Origin: Squalus acanthias
Taxonomy: Eukaryota
Direction: 5' to 3'
NCBI GenBank assembly: GCA_030390025.1
Contig: CM059432.1
Span: 124,684,001-124,748,000, forward strand
DNA: 64,000 bases
The stretch's first letter is position 1. Each line of letters opens with the position of its first letter. A program made the position numbers and the translations under genes. Positions 1 to 12,435 of the stretch are shown here, one piece after another. The notes beneath the pieces are model-generated. The model ran no database searches and was not told the DNA's origin. It was given only the letters and a program-made list of their open reading frames with translations.

Positions 1-340
1 TAATTTATTTAACTATACTTATTTTATTAATGTGATGGTTTTTAAAAAAAATTTAATTGAGGTTTAGCTGTTATTTTGGGGGGGTGTAAGATTCATAGCT
101 TTCACAGCACGTATGTGAAACTTATGAATGGAAGATGGTGTGCTGCCATTGGCTCTAACTGAGTCACGTGATCCCACAGCTCGCACGAATTCACTACGCC
201 GGTGGGATACGCAAGCACTGCCCAGCTGATGTCTGGAACATCAAGTTCGTGCGAGCTGGATCTGAAAAAGCCAACGCGGAGTGAGAGATCGCGCCTGCTC
301 CTTACCCCCGCGGGAACAGAGCGGGATCAATTTCTGGGCC
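1..340. mobile_element. Right end of a non-autonomous DNA transposon (probably PIF/Harbinger MITE) interrupting a CR1
   Basis: Ends in AATTTCTGGGCC (reverse complement GGCCCAGAAATT), similar to the termini at 40305/40745 and 54943. CR1 ORF2 codons start immediately afterwards. The left end is outside the window. Confidence 0.5.
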
Positions 341-1696
341 ATTATAGCAGGGCACTTAGAAAAGTTCAAAGTAATCAGGCAGAGTCAACATGGTTTTGTG
401 CAAGGGAAATCATGTTTAACCAATTTATTGGAGTTCTTTGAGGAAGTAACATGTGCTGTGGATAAAGGGGAACTGGTGGATGTACTGTACTTAGATTTCC
501 AGAAGGCATTTGATAAGGTGCCACATCAAAGGTTATTGCGGAAAATAAAAGCTCATGGTGTAGGGGGTAACATATTGGCACGGATAGAAGATTGGATAGC
601 TAACAGGAAACAGAGAGTAGGCATAAATGGGTCATTTTCTGATTGGCAAGATGTAACGAGTGGTGTGCCACAGGGATCAGTGCTGGGGCCTCAACTTTTT
701 ACAATTTATATAAATGACTTGGATGAAGGGACCGAAGGTATGGTTGGTAAATTTGCTGATGACACAAAGATAGGTAGGAAAGTAAATTGTGAAGAGGACA
801 TAAGGAGGCTACAAAGGGATATAGATAGGTTAAGTGAGTGGGCAAAGATCTGGCAAATGGAGTATAATGTGGGAAAATGTGAAGTTGTCCATTTTGGCAG
901 GAAGAATAAAAAAGAAGTATATTATCTAAATGGTAAGAGATTGCAGAGCTCTGAGATGCAGAGGGATCTAGGTGTCCTAGTGCATGAATCGCAAAAGGTT
1001 ACTATACAGGTACAGCAAGTAATTAGGAAAACTAATAGGATGTTATTGTTTATTGCGAGGGGAATTGAATACAAAAGTAGGGAGGTTATGCTTCAGTTAT
1101 ACAGGGCATTGGTAAGACCACATCTGGAGTACTGTGTACAGTATTGGTCTCCTTATTTAAGGAAGGATGTAAATGCGTTGGAAGCAGTTCAGAGAAGGTT
1201 TACTAGACTAATACCTGGAATGGGCGGGTTGTCTTATGAGGAAAGGTTGGACAGGTTAGGCTTGTATCCGCTGGAGTTTAGAAGAGTAAGAGGTGACTTA
1301 ATTGAAACATACAAGATCCTGAGGGGTCTGGACAGGGTGGATGTGGAGAGGATGTTTCCTCTTGTGGGAGAATCTAGAACTAGGGGTCACTGTTTAAAAA
1401 TAAGGGGTCGCCCATTTAAGACAGAGATGAAGAGAAATTTTTTCTCACAGAGGGTCGTGAATCTTTGGAACTCTCTTCCTCAGAGGGCAGTAGAAGCAGA
1501 GTCTTTGAATATTTTTAAGGCAGAGGTAGATAGATTCTTGGTAAGCAAGGGGGTGAAAAGTTATCGGGGGGTAGGCGGGAATGTGGAGTAATCGAATCAG
1601 CCATGATCTTATTGAATGGCGGAGCAGGCTCGAAGGGCCGAGTGGCCTACTCCTGCTCCTAATTCGTATGTTCGTATGTACATATGTTCGTATGTT
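341..1696 (+). mobile_element. CR1 LINE, 3' half (RT domain, C-terminus, 3' UTR)
   Basis: ORF 281..1591 has [31 protein letters not shown] and LVRPHLEYC motifs. 3' UTR has the GGAGCAGGC...GCCTACTCC hairpin and a (TTCGTATG)n-like tail. Confidence 0.95.
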
Positions 1697-2310
1697 CTGT
1701 ACTTGAACCCCCAAATCTCTCTGCTCCTCCACAGTTCCTAGCTTCTCACCATTTAGAAAATACTCTGATCTATCTTTCTTAGGTCCAAAGTGGATGACCT
1801 CACACTTTGCCACATTGAACTCTATCTGCTACAGTTTTACCCACTCACTTAATCTATCAGTGTCACTTTGCAACTTTCTGCTCCCGCCACACTATTTACT
1901 GTGCCACCGAACCTGGTGTGGTCAGCAAACTTGGATACACAGCTCTCTATTCCTTCATCCAAGTCATTGATAAATACAGTGAAAAGCTGAGGCCCCAGTA
2001 CAGATCCCTGAAGGGCACCACTAGTCACATCCTGCCAATTAGAGTACATACCCATTAAACCTACGCTCTCTCTCCTACCTCCTAATCAATTTCCTGCCGA
2101 TGTCAATAGGTTGCCTCCAATTCCATGCGCTCTCAGTTTTGTTAACAGTCTCTTATGTGAAACCTTACTGAATGCCTTCTGGAAAACCATATAAATAACA
2201 TCCATAGACACTCCCTCACCTACCATGTTAGTTACATCTTCAAAAAATCCGACTAGGTTAGTTAGACATGACTTATCCTTTATAAATCCATGCTGGTTCT
2301 CTCTGATTAG
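1697..2310 (-). mobile_element. CR1 LINE RT fragment, decayed
   Basis: Minus-strand peptides [24 protein letters not shown] and [17 protein letters not shown] in different frames. Confidence 0.9.
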
Positions 2311-2439
2311 TTAATGAGAGCACGTTAAAATTCCGGATGGTGGGATCCTGGCAGCTTACCAGCTAATTAACCCAGGCAATTTGCACTGCCCATTCGCACT
2401 GTTTCTAACAGACAGGTAGGGTTAAAATTGCCCTCGATG

Positions 2440-3560
2440 ACTTGTTCGATGTCTTCAAATAATGGTGGTCTGCTGTAAAATGAAAGCACCAGGACTGCTG
2501 TGAGGGAATTATGCTTTCAGTTGCATTATTCGGTGCACATGGTTGCACACAAGTTGTACACTAATGGAATAAAAATCCATCCAATTTGCAAATTAGGACA
2601 TTCCTGTTTTGCAGAAGCACATAGGGCTATATGAGTGTCATCAATAACACACTGGATTCTTGGGAATCCTATCATTTGGAAAAACAATCTAGGGCTTTGT
2701 CCATGACTCCCTGAGATCCATGAGGAAAGTGATGTACCTGTTTGCTCTGTCAAACAGTGCATCAATCACCTGTTTTATGCAGCGATGCAATAATTGCAAT
2801 AGGGGCAACACGGTGGCATAGTGGTTAGCACTGGTGCTTCACAGCGCCAGGGACCCGGGTTCGAATCTGACCTCGGGTGACTGTCTGTGTGGAGTTTGCA
2901 CATTCTCCCCGTGTCTGCGTGGGTTTCCTCCGGGTGCTCCGGTTTCCTCCCACAGTCCAAAAATGTGCGGGTTAGGTTGATTTGGCTATGATAAATTGAC
3001 CCTTAGTGTTAGGGGGGGATTAAATATGTGGGGTTATGGGGATAGGATGGGATATGTTAGGGGGAATTAAATACGTGGGGTTACGGGGGTAGGGTGGGAT
3101 ATGTGTACTGTGGGGATTAAAGCAGGGACAGGGTACTGGATTTGGATGATCAGCCATGATCGTATTGAATGGTGGAGCAGGCTCGACGGGCCGAATTGCC
3201 TACTCCTGCTCCTTGTTTCTATGTTTATGTTTCTATGTTTAATTGATGTTACAGATGTCCCCACAGGCCCCCTGGAAAGTGCAGCTGTCACCTTCACTGC
3301 TACTGGCAGTGCCATGTCTGGCCTGGTGTTGGGTTGCAGATCCTCCTGCAGCACGTTGCACAACTCTGTCACTCCCTCTCTGGTGAATCATAGCCTCCAG
3401 AAGCATTGCTCCTCTGTTACATCTGATAATCCCTTTGTGCCCGATATATTAATTTGACAATTATTTGACATTTGACCTTCCTCCTGTGATGACGGACCAC
3501 TTCCTAGGCATCCAAAAATTCTCCCTGGTCCTCCTCCTCCTCTTCATCCAAGTAGCACAT
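2440..3560 (-). pseudogene. PIF/Harbinger (HARBI1-like) transposase remnant, split by a SINE
   Basis: LCNVLQEDLQP..ALPVAVKVTAAL (about 3280-3370) and GFPRIQCVIDDTHIAL (about 2620-2680) match the N-terminal and first catalytic regions of Harbinger transposases. Confidence 0.8.
2802..3240 (+). mobile_element. tRNA-derived V-SINE (HE1-like) ending in a CR1-type 3' tail
   Basis: Box A TGGCATAGTGG, box B GGTTCGAATC, V-domain TGTGTGGAGTTTGCACATTCTCCCCGTGTCTGCGTGGGTTTCCTCCGGGTGCTCCGGTTTCCTCCCACA, then a CR1 3' UTR hairpin and a TTTCTATG-type tail. Confidence 0.9.
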
Positions 3561-3616
3561 ATACATTGGGATTCCAAATGGGACATGCATTATGCTACGG
3601 ATAAGCAAAAAACTAT

Positions 3617-4455
3617 GGGCTGGATTTTGCTAATGGGGAGCTTTTGGAGGTGGGACTCCCACTTATCGGGTTTCAGTCCCGCCTCCATCAACTTCTGGCC
3701 AACCCACGCTATTTTCCCTTGATTGACCTTGTTAAGCCCGCCCAGCGGGCTTAGCAGGCCAATTAAGGGAAAGCCGGTTACAGAGAACGTCAACGTATTA
3801 CGTTTCATCTGTCAAAAAATTTTGATAGATGAATTGTCATCGTTTGACAGCTCTGTGAAGCTGTCCAACATTGATATTCTCTGTAGTTTGATGAGGTCTT
3901 GAATTCAAGACCTCATCAAACATCTTTCTTTTGTAGAAATTAGATGGTTGCTGCATTGGAGAATGCAACGGCCATCTGTCATCTCTACCGCGGAGGTGTG
4001 AGACTCTCCGCAGACCCACCGATTGAAGCCTGCAGGAAGAAACAAAGGTAAGTACACTTTTTCTAACACTTTGCACTTACCTCAGATACTCACCTCTCCA
4101 CACTTGCACCCATCACTCACCTCCGCAGCACACTTTTGGACCCCTCCGACCCCCGCAGACCCATTACTCGCCTCGGTGACCCTGGCGGGTTTCGGAGCCT
4201 TCAGGAAGCCCACACTTGTGTGGGCAAAAAGGGGATAATCCTATTTTCTGCCTGTTAACTACCTGTTAGCAGGCAGTTAAGTGGCTTTAATCACTTCCCG
4301 CCTCCAAGGAGACGGGACCCGGCGCGAGACAGCTACCCGCCTCCTGGCATGGAGGCGGGTTGGGGGGCGGGTTGGGCACCCGCCCCCAAATTCTGCCATT
4401 TTCCCGGCAGTCCTGCCTCCAAACCATCCTCCCCAAGGCTGGCAAAATCGCCCCC
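3617..4455. mobile_element. Non-autonomous Harbinger-type element
   Basis: Imperfect termini GGGCTGGATTTTGC ... GCAAAATCGCCCCC and GC-rich subterminal CCCGCC motifs like those of the neighbouring Harbingers. Confidence 0.6.
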
Positions 4456-6282
4456 TTTGTGTAACTCCCCAGCTCTCCCAATAACCTCCTGGACACACTG
4501 CAGTCGTACTGCAACAAATAAAACAGTGTAACCTTTCTCTACTAACAGACAAAAAGATCAATTTTCATTCTAAATCCAAGTCAACGTCTGTCTCTTTAAA
4601 GTATGTGGATTTCAAATGAACCCTAATAATTGAATATGCCCAGCTTATACGGGCAGTATTAGCACATGACCAACATTAAGGAAGGAAATTGATGTGGAGA
4701 CCATTTTGATGTAATTTATGGTCGATTTTAATACACTTAAAATCTCAGCGACTGTTTCCAGTGTAATGTCGCTGCCCATAAACACAAATTGACATCCAAG
4801 CACAAATGAGTTGGAGACCGGGTCTCCACTCCTTTTTCTTCTCCCTAACTTCTGGGAAATAGACATACATGGGACATAAGGCAGAGGAAAATTAGCCCCA
4901 GAGTGTTGTATACAGAAGTGGACATGATGTGGTGTTAGTAACGGATAAATAAAGATGTGGTTTTTGCGAGGGGTGTTGGATTTATGACGATTTGGGAGAT
5001 AGTGTGGGAATAAGGGCCTGGGGAAGTGCGATATACTAGTGTGTAGTTTGGGAAGTGTAGTTGGGAAGGAAAGAATTGAGGATTTAGGAAAAAGGATAGT
5101 TGAGGTAGAGCACTGAGTAGTGAAGAGGTAGGTAGGATAGTGAATATTGAGGGGGTAGGGACTACTATGGGTAGTGAACATTTTGGGGGATTGATGTAGT
5201 CAATAATCAAGGTGAGCTCTGTCTGGTAGTAAGAATTCAGACATGGGAAGTGGGTGATTACAGAGGGAGTAGTTAGTATGGGCTGAATTTTGCCGGCGCT
5301 CAGAGGGCGGGTTTGGAGGCGGGTCCGCTGTCAAAATAGCGAAGATTAACAGCGGGTAGGAAACCCATTGCCAACCCGCCTCCACGCGAGTCTCCCAGGT
5401 GTTGGGTCTGTCAGCGGAGAACTGACCCGACACCAAGCGGTGGGGGAGACAATTGAGCTCATTAAATGGCTTGTTAAGAGCCAATTTTATGCTATTTTGA
5501 GGCTACCTTGCAATTTTACGTGCTCCCCCATGGGTTTCCCGCTGCTCGGGGAACACACCAACTCACCCTGGCGTGAGTTGAGTCTCCTCTGATGTATCTG
5601 ATAAGCTGACAGCTGCAGAAGTGGTATAAATGATGCCATGTTCAGTGCGCAGAAACAGTTGGTTACTGCATTTGTAAGACATATAGAGATTTCTTTAGCT
5701 TGCAAGTGTTGAGAGCCAACTGTATGTCCAGTGCCACCTCATTGGAACAACCTCTCTCACCATTGACAGATCGCTTCTGTCATCTCACCTGCAGCTGCCA
5801 TCTATTGCAGCAACATCGGTGCCCTTGAAACTATCTCACCTTGGTCCTCTGATTCCTTCCACGAACAGCCCCAACACCAACATCACCAGGCACATCAGCA
5901 GCACCAACAATAACACCAACCTTCTCCGCCATCACCTGATGCTGTACAGGACACAGGGCATCAGCCCCTGACAACATTGCTGCCCGGGATGCCAGCGATG
6001 GCATCACCATGGCCAGATTTACTTCACTTGACGCCTGTAACCCTGGCTGCCACATGATGCGCCCGGTTGACACCATCCCACACCAGCACCGTGAAGCACC
6101 CTTTAATGTCCAAGCCATTCCATGCACACTCATCACTATAGCGGGGGGGGGGGCGGTGTTATGTCTCAACATTCACTGGAACTCAGTAAGACACTTCTCA
6201 AGGTACGCACAGATCTGTCCAATAAGGTGACGTTTTGAAAATATAGATTTCACTGTATGACAACACATTACCAGAAACTTCA

Positions 6283-9200
6283 GGGAGACAGAGGAAAGCG
6301 TGTCAGGAAGGGACAGAAGGTATGGAGTAAAAGGTAAAGTGTTAAAAAAGGAAAAAGCAGGAACTAAGTGTCACAACACATATTTGAAAGTTCTTTATCT
6401 GAATGCACGTAGCATTCGTAACAAAATGGACGAGTTAACGGCACAAATAACTACGTATGGGTATGATCTTGTGGCCATACAGAAACATGGCTGCAGGGTG
6501 ACAACAACTGGGAATTAAATATGCCAGGGTATTTAACAATCAGGAAGGACAGGCAGGAAGGAAGGGGAGGTGGGGTGGCTATGTTAATAAAGGAAGAAAT
6601 CACTGTAATACAGAGAAATGATATTGGGTCAAAGGATCAGGATAATGAAACAGTTTGGGTGGAGATAAGGAATAATAAGGGGAAAAAAACACTAGTGGGA
6701 GTAGTATATAGGCCTCCTAATAGTTGCAACTCTGTTGGAAGAAGTATTAATCAGGAAATAGTTGGGGCATGTAATAAGGGAACAGCTATAATTATGGGGG
6801 ATTTTAACTATCATATTAACTGGACAAATCAAATTGGGCAGGGCAGCCTTGAGGAAGAGTTTATTGAGTGTATTAGGGATGGATTTCTTGAGCAGTATGT
6901 AACTGATCCTACAAGGGGGCAAGCAACCTTGGACCTGGTCCTGTGTAATGAGTCAGGATTAATTAATAATGTCCTAGTTAAGGATCCCCTTGGAATGAGT
7001 GACCATAACATGGTTGAGTTCCATATCCAATTAGAGGGTGAGAAGGTTGGTTCTCAAACAAGCGTACTGAGCTTGAATAAAGGAGACTATGATGGTATGA
7101 GAGCGGAATTGATTAAAGTGGACTGGGAAAATAGATTAAAGGGTAAGACGGTACATGAGCAGTGGTGTTCATTTAAGGAGTTATTTTACAACTTTCAAAA
7201 AATATATATTCCACTGAGGAAAAAAGGGTGTAAAAGAAATGACAGCCATCCGTGGCTAAGTAAAGAAATTAAGGATAGTATCCGACTAAAAACAAGGACG
7301 TATAAGGTAGCCAAACTTAGTGGGAGGATAGAAGATTGGGAAGTCTTCAAAAGACAGCAAAAAGTAACTAAAGGATTGATTCAGAAAGGGAAGATAGATT
7401 ATGAAAATAAATTAGCAAAAAATATAAAAACAGATAGCAAGAGTTTCCATAGTTATATAAAAAGAAAAAGGGTGGTTAAGGCAAACGTAGGTCCCTTAGA
7501 GGATGAGACCGGGAAATTAATGGTGGGAAACATGGAGATGGCAAAAATGCTGAACAAATATTTTGTTTCAATCTTTACGGTAGAGGACACTAAGAATATC
7601 CCAACACTGGACAAACAGGGGGCTCTAGGGGGGGAGGAGCTAAATACGATTAAAATCACTAAGGAATTGGTACTCAGTAAAATAATGGGACTCAAGGTGG
7701 ATAAATCCCCTGGACCTGATGGCTTACATCCTAGGGTCTTGAGGGAAGTGGCAGTAGGGATTGTGGATGCTTTGGGAATAATTTTCCAAAATTCCCTGGA
7801 CTCAGCAAAGGTCCCGGCAGATTGGAAAACTGCTAATGTAACACCCTTATTTAAAAAAGGGTAGTAGGCAGAAGGCTGGAAATTATAGACCAGTTAGCCT
7901 AACATCTGTGGTGGGTAAAATTTTGGAGTCTATTATTAAGGAGACAGTAACGGAACATTTAGATAAACATAATTTAATAGGACAAAGTCAGCATGGCTTT
8001 ATGAAGGGGAAGTCATGTCTGACAAATTTGCTTGAGTTCTTTGAGGACATAACGTACAGGGTGGATAAAGGGGAACCAGTGGACGTAGTGTATTTAGACT
8101 TCCAGAAGGCATTCGACAAGGTGCCACATAAAAGATTATTGCTCAAGATAAAAAATCACTGGATTGGGGGTAATATTCTGGCATGGGTGGAGGATTGGTT
8201 ATCTAACAGGAAGCAGAGAGTTGGGATAAATGGTTCATTCTCGGACTGGCAACCAGTAGCCAGTGGTGTTCCGCAGTGGTCGGTGCTGGGTCCCCAACTC
8301 TTTACAATCTATATTGACGATTTGGAGGAGGGGACCGAGTGTAACATATCAAAGTTTGCAGATGATACAAAGATGGGAGGGAAAGTAGAAAGTGAGGAGG
8401 GCATAAAAAACCTACAAGGGGATATAGACAGGCTGGGTGAGTGGGCGGAGATTTGGCAGATGCAATACAATATTGGAAAATGTGAGGTTATGCACTTTGG
8501 CAGGAAAAATCAGAGAGCAAGTTATTATCTTAATGGCGAGAAACTGGAAAGTACTGCAGTACAAAGGGATCTGGGGGTCCTAGTGCAAGAAAATCAAAAA
8601 GTTAGTATGCAGGTGCAGCAGGTGATCAAGAAGGCCAACGGAATGTTGGCTTTTATTGCTAGGGGGATCGATTATAAAAACAGGGAGGTATTGCTGCAGT
8701 TATATAAGGTATTGGTGAGACCGCACCTGGAATACTGCATACAGTTTTGGTGTCCATACTTAAGAAAAGACATACTTGCTCTCGAGGCAGTACAAAGAAG
8801 GTTCACTCGGTTAATCCCGGGGATGAGGGGGTGGACATATGAGGAGAGGTTGAGTAGATTGGGACTCTACTCATTGGAGTTCAGAAGAATGAGAGGTGAT
8901 CTTATTGAAACATATAAGATTGTGAAGGGGCTTGATCGGGTGGATGCGGTAAGGATGTTCCCAAGGATGGGTGAAACTAGAACTAGGGGGCATAATCTTA
9001 GAATAAGGGGCTGCTCTTTCAAAACTGAGATGAGGAGAAACTTCTTCACTCAGAGGGTAGTAGGTCTGTGGAATTTGCTGCCTCAGGAAGCTGTGGAAGC
9101 TAATTCATTAAATAAATTTAAAACAGAAATAGACAGTTTCCTAGAAGTAAAGGGAATTAGGGGTTATGGGGAGCGGGCAGGAAATTGGACATGAGGCTGA

Positions 9201-9390
9201 GTTCGGATCGGTCAAGGCCCTGTGGGTGGCGGAGTGGGCCCAGGGGCTGAGTGGCCGGGTCCTGCTCCTACTTCTTGTGTTCTTTAGATTTGAGGTTAGG
9301 ATCAGATCAGCCATGATCTTATTGAATGGCGGAGCAGGCTCGAAGGGCCAATTGGCCTACTCCTGCTCCTATTTCTTATGTTCTTATGTT
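6283..9390 (+). mobile_element. CR1 LINE, 5'-truncated just upstream of ORF2, with doubled 3' tail
   Basis: Complete EN+RT coding region, 3' UTR hairpin and (TTCTTATG)n tail; probable TSD CTTCA at 6278-6282 and 9391-9395. Confidence 0.95.
6300..9194 (+). pseudogene. CR1 ORF2 (APE endonuclease + reverse transcriptase), two frameshifts
   Basis: YLNARSIRNK, GGGVAM, VVYRPP, MGDFN, TLDLVL, SDHN (endonuclease); KSPGPDG, QHGF, KFADD (RT). Frameshifts near 6480 and in the A-run near 7855. Confidence 0.93.
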
Positions 9391-11515
9391 CTTCACATGA
9401 ACATTGGCTAAACCTCTCAAGTGCCTACCCTTGTGTGTTGTTAGTTGGTACATTTGCAGTAGGATGAGGGTGAGTGTGAGGGGTGGCTAATGAGATGGAG
9501 AAGTGATAATGTAGATAGAGAGGGTTGGGTGGAGGTGCAAGGTAAGTTGGTGTGAGTAAGGATGTGCAGGAGAAGGGTATGGAAGGCAGAGTGATGGAGA
9601 TGTGTTGAGTGGCACAGCAGGGTGAGTTTGAGTGTGGCTTTGCAGTAACGTTTTGTGATCCACTGAGATCATTGAAAGGTTGGTGCCACTGCAGCCAGGG
9701 ACTCTTGACGACATCCCTGCTTTTGCCTTCCTGTGCAATGTGGAACCAGGCTGCGTTGGTGTCCTAGGGAGGTCTCTTCCACCCTTGGAAGGGAAGAGAA
9801 CCTCCCTGCGTGCTGTGACTCCCTCCATAAGCATATGGAGGGAGTCATGAGAGAGCCTGGGTGCAACCGTCCACCTTTGTGCAGTGCTTGTCAGTGTTTG
9901 CAGCACCTCAATGCTGTAAAACACTGAAAGAACAACTGTCAAACTCAACGTGGCCGAGGTCCCTTTAAGGAAACTGGCTGAGGACGCGTCATCAAATGAC
10001 GTCATCAGACCCGCTTCCTGTTAATTGGCCGGGAAGCCCACCGGGTGGGCTTAACAAAGCCAATCAAGGGAAAATCCCTTTGACAGAGTGGCTGCAGCCG
10101 GGAGCGGCACCAGAACCCAGCAACCAGCTATTCCGCCACCATCCGCCTCCGCAGAGAAAATCCAACCCCATGTGTGGAAGAGTAGTGGACATGGCTGTAA
10201 TGATTAGTTGAGGGGATAGGTAGTGAATACTGAGAGATTGGGCAGCTGAAAAAGAATTGTGGGCGTGATGGATAATTAGGGGTTGAGTGGGTAGTTGGGG
10301 TAAGTGAATAGTTTGGAGCTGGGCAGGGGTGTCTGTAGTGGTAGTGGAACTAATAAAGGGTTGCAGTTTGAAATAAATATAAATGGAGAGAAGTCGGGTT
10401 GCCAAGAGTATTGGAGATAGAGGACTGGAGAGACAGAGCAGACCTAAGTGGGATTTAGGGAGCTATGGAGAAGCAAAGCACAATCCGATTTCATTTATTC
10501 AGCTAGTGTTTAATTAATTGATTCTCTGGCCTGCTTCCCTCAAGCCCCAGATCATTTATTCAGCCAGCATTTATTTAACTCAGTCATTTGTGCCTGGTCC
10601 GCTCCCACTGAAGCCCAATTTAATATCATTGATTTATTTACAGTATAAATTTAATTTTAAGAATTTATTTCAGAAACAAAAGCTCAATTTTGGAAAAGCC
10701 CATTGTTTTAAATTGCTTGCTGGCCTGATGAAGGCTAGTTTAATTTAATTAATTCATTCAAGAAATGTCAATTCAATTTTTAAAAGATCTTAATTGAATA
10801 TTCGATTCATTTTTAAAAGATACCTGACAGTTAGTGGCAGAAGAGGTGGCTGTGGATGGTTCTCAGAGATGGGGTTTAGAGGTGCAACAGCACCACCCAC
10901 CATTATGTATATTTTCAATTTAAAACCATATCAACCATTACACCCTGGGAAGACTAAATCACGACAAACAGGCATGACAAAATTGGGACACAGAAATTAA
11001 GTATGCCAAACAGGAAGTGCGCACTAGATGCAAGACTTTTAAAATTATTATAAATAGCAATCCAGGATTCTGGATACCCTCTTCTATTTGGTTGCTCCTA
11101 AACATGTGATTAGCAGGGCCCAGTCAGATGTAATATTCGGTATCCTGCCACAGTGCTGTGCTCCAAATGTTCCTCAGTTCATTTTCCTGATGCAAATGCT
11201 CCCTATCCAGCCTGCATATGCAAAAATAACTGTGCTGGTACTAAGTTTGGAACAAATTGCTAAAAGCAAATACTAGAAATTTGCTTACCAACTTTGCATA
11301 CAACTTTGTATGGATTTGATTCCAATGATGCAATACTGATTTTCAGAATTGGCTAGAAAGAGACATGACAATTATGGAAGTGAGAGATACAAGTTTTGTT
11401 TTTCTCTTTGTCAATTAACACAACAGGAGATTAATTCATTTACAATAGATATATATGCCAACAAATGTGTGACAAAGTTTCACGTTAAAATATATATTTT
11501 GTTTAACATCAGTTC

Positions 11516-11957
11516 TTTATTTATTCGTTCATGGGATGTGGGCGTCGCTAGCAAGGCCGGCATTTATTGCCCATCCCTAATTGCCCTTGAGAAGGTGGTG
11601 GTGAGCCGCTGTCTTGAGTCGCTGCTCTTATTAGCAGTTTGGTACAACTGAGTGGCTTGCTCGACCATTTCAGAGGGCAGTTAAGAGTCAACCACATTGC
11701 TGTGGGTCTGGAGTCACATATAGGCCAGACCAGGTAAGGACAGCAGATTTCCTTCCCTAAAGGAAGTGAACCAGATGGGTTTTTACAACAATCCGATAGT
11801 TTTGTGGTCACCATTACTGATACTAGCTTTTTATTTCAGATTTACTTAATTAGCTGAATTTAAATTCCACAGCTGCCATGGTGGGATTATGAACTCACAT
11901 CTCTGGATCATTAGTCCAGGCCTGGATTACTAGTCCAGTAACATAACCACTATGCTC
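11516..11957 (-). mobile_element. tRNA-derived SINE whose 3' tail matches the LINE at 38152-38925
   Basis: Minus strand begins AGCATAGTGGTTATG...GAGTTCATAATCCCACC (A/B-box-like) and ends AATAAATGCCGGCCTTGCTAGCGACGCCCACATCCCATGAACGAATAAA. Confidence 0.8.
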
Positions 11958-12315
11958 CCCAAATGTTGAGTTATTGATCTTTCCGAGGTCTTCAGGAGGA
12001 GGACATCCTAAAAGGGGAGCAAAGAAAATTGGTGATGTGACTCATTCTGAGCCCCCTTTATTGCATCTCATAGCAGTGGGTTAAAAAGGTTCTCAGAGTT
12101 CAGTTCACATGGACAGCTAGTGTGGTCATTTTAGCTGAGAGGAACATATGCCTTCATACTCCTTTCTTGTATTCTTTCCTTTATTCATATGTATTTCAAA
12201 ATGTAACATCAAAAACAACTTGTATTTATATAGTGATTTTAATGTGGAAAAGCATTCAAGGCACTTCAAAGAAATGTAAGGGGGAAAATTCAATAAAAGA
12301 AAATCAATAAAGTTG

Positions 12316-12435
12316 AGAAAGAAAGAAAGAAAGAAAGACTTGCATTTATATAGCGCCTTTCACGATCATCGGACATCTCAAAGCACTTTACAGCCAATGA
12401 AGTACTTTTTGATTTGGAGTCACTGTTGTAATGTT
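12316..12435 (-). mobile_element. Deu-SINE 3' fragment
   Basis: GAAA repeats followed by GACTTGCATTTATATAGCGCCTTTCACG, matching the tail of the full copy at 23913-24377. Confidence 0.8.

Larger units (their letters stand above)
5280..10168. mobile_element. Internally deleted Harbinger transposon carrying a CR1 insertion
   Basis: TIRs GGGCTGAATTTT / AAAATCCAACCC with flanks TAT/CAT. Myb/SANT-like remnant on the minus strand at about 9640-9900 (APRLSHDSLHMLMEGVTARREVLFP). Similar G/A-rich sequence on both sides. Confidence 0.7.

Noticed and set aside
281..340. N-terminus MRDRACSLPPREQSGINFW of the 436-aa RT ORF
   Set aside because: It is read from the adjoining MITE end; a chance in-frame fusion rather than a real start.
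2802..2875. tRNA-like sequences here and at the heads of other SINEs
   Set aside because: They are SINE heads continuous with SINE bodies, not tRNA genes.
4645..5210. 178-aa and 91-aa minus-strand ORFs
   Set aside because: Low-complexity G/A-rich decayed sequence; no recognisable domain.
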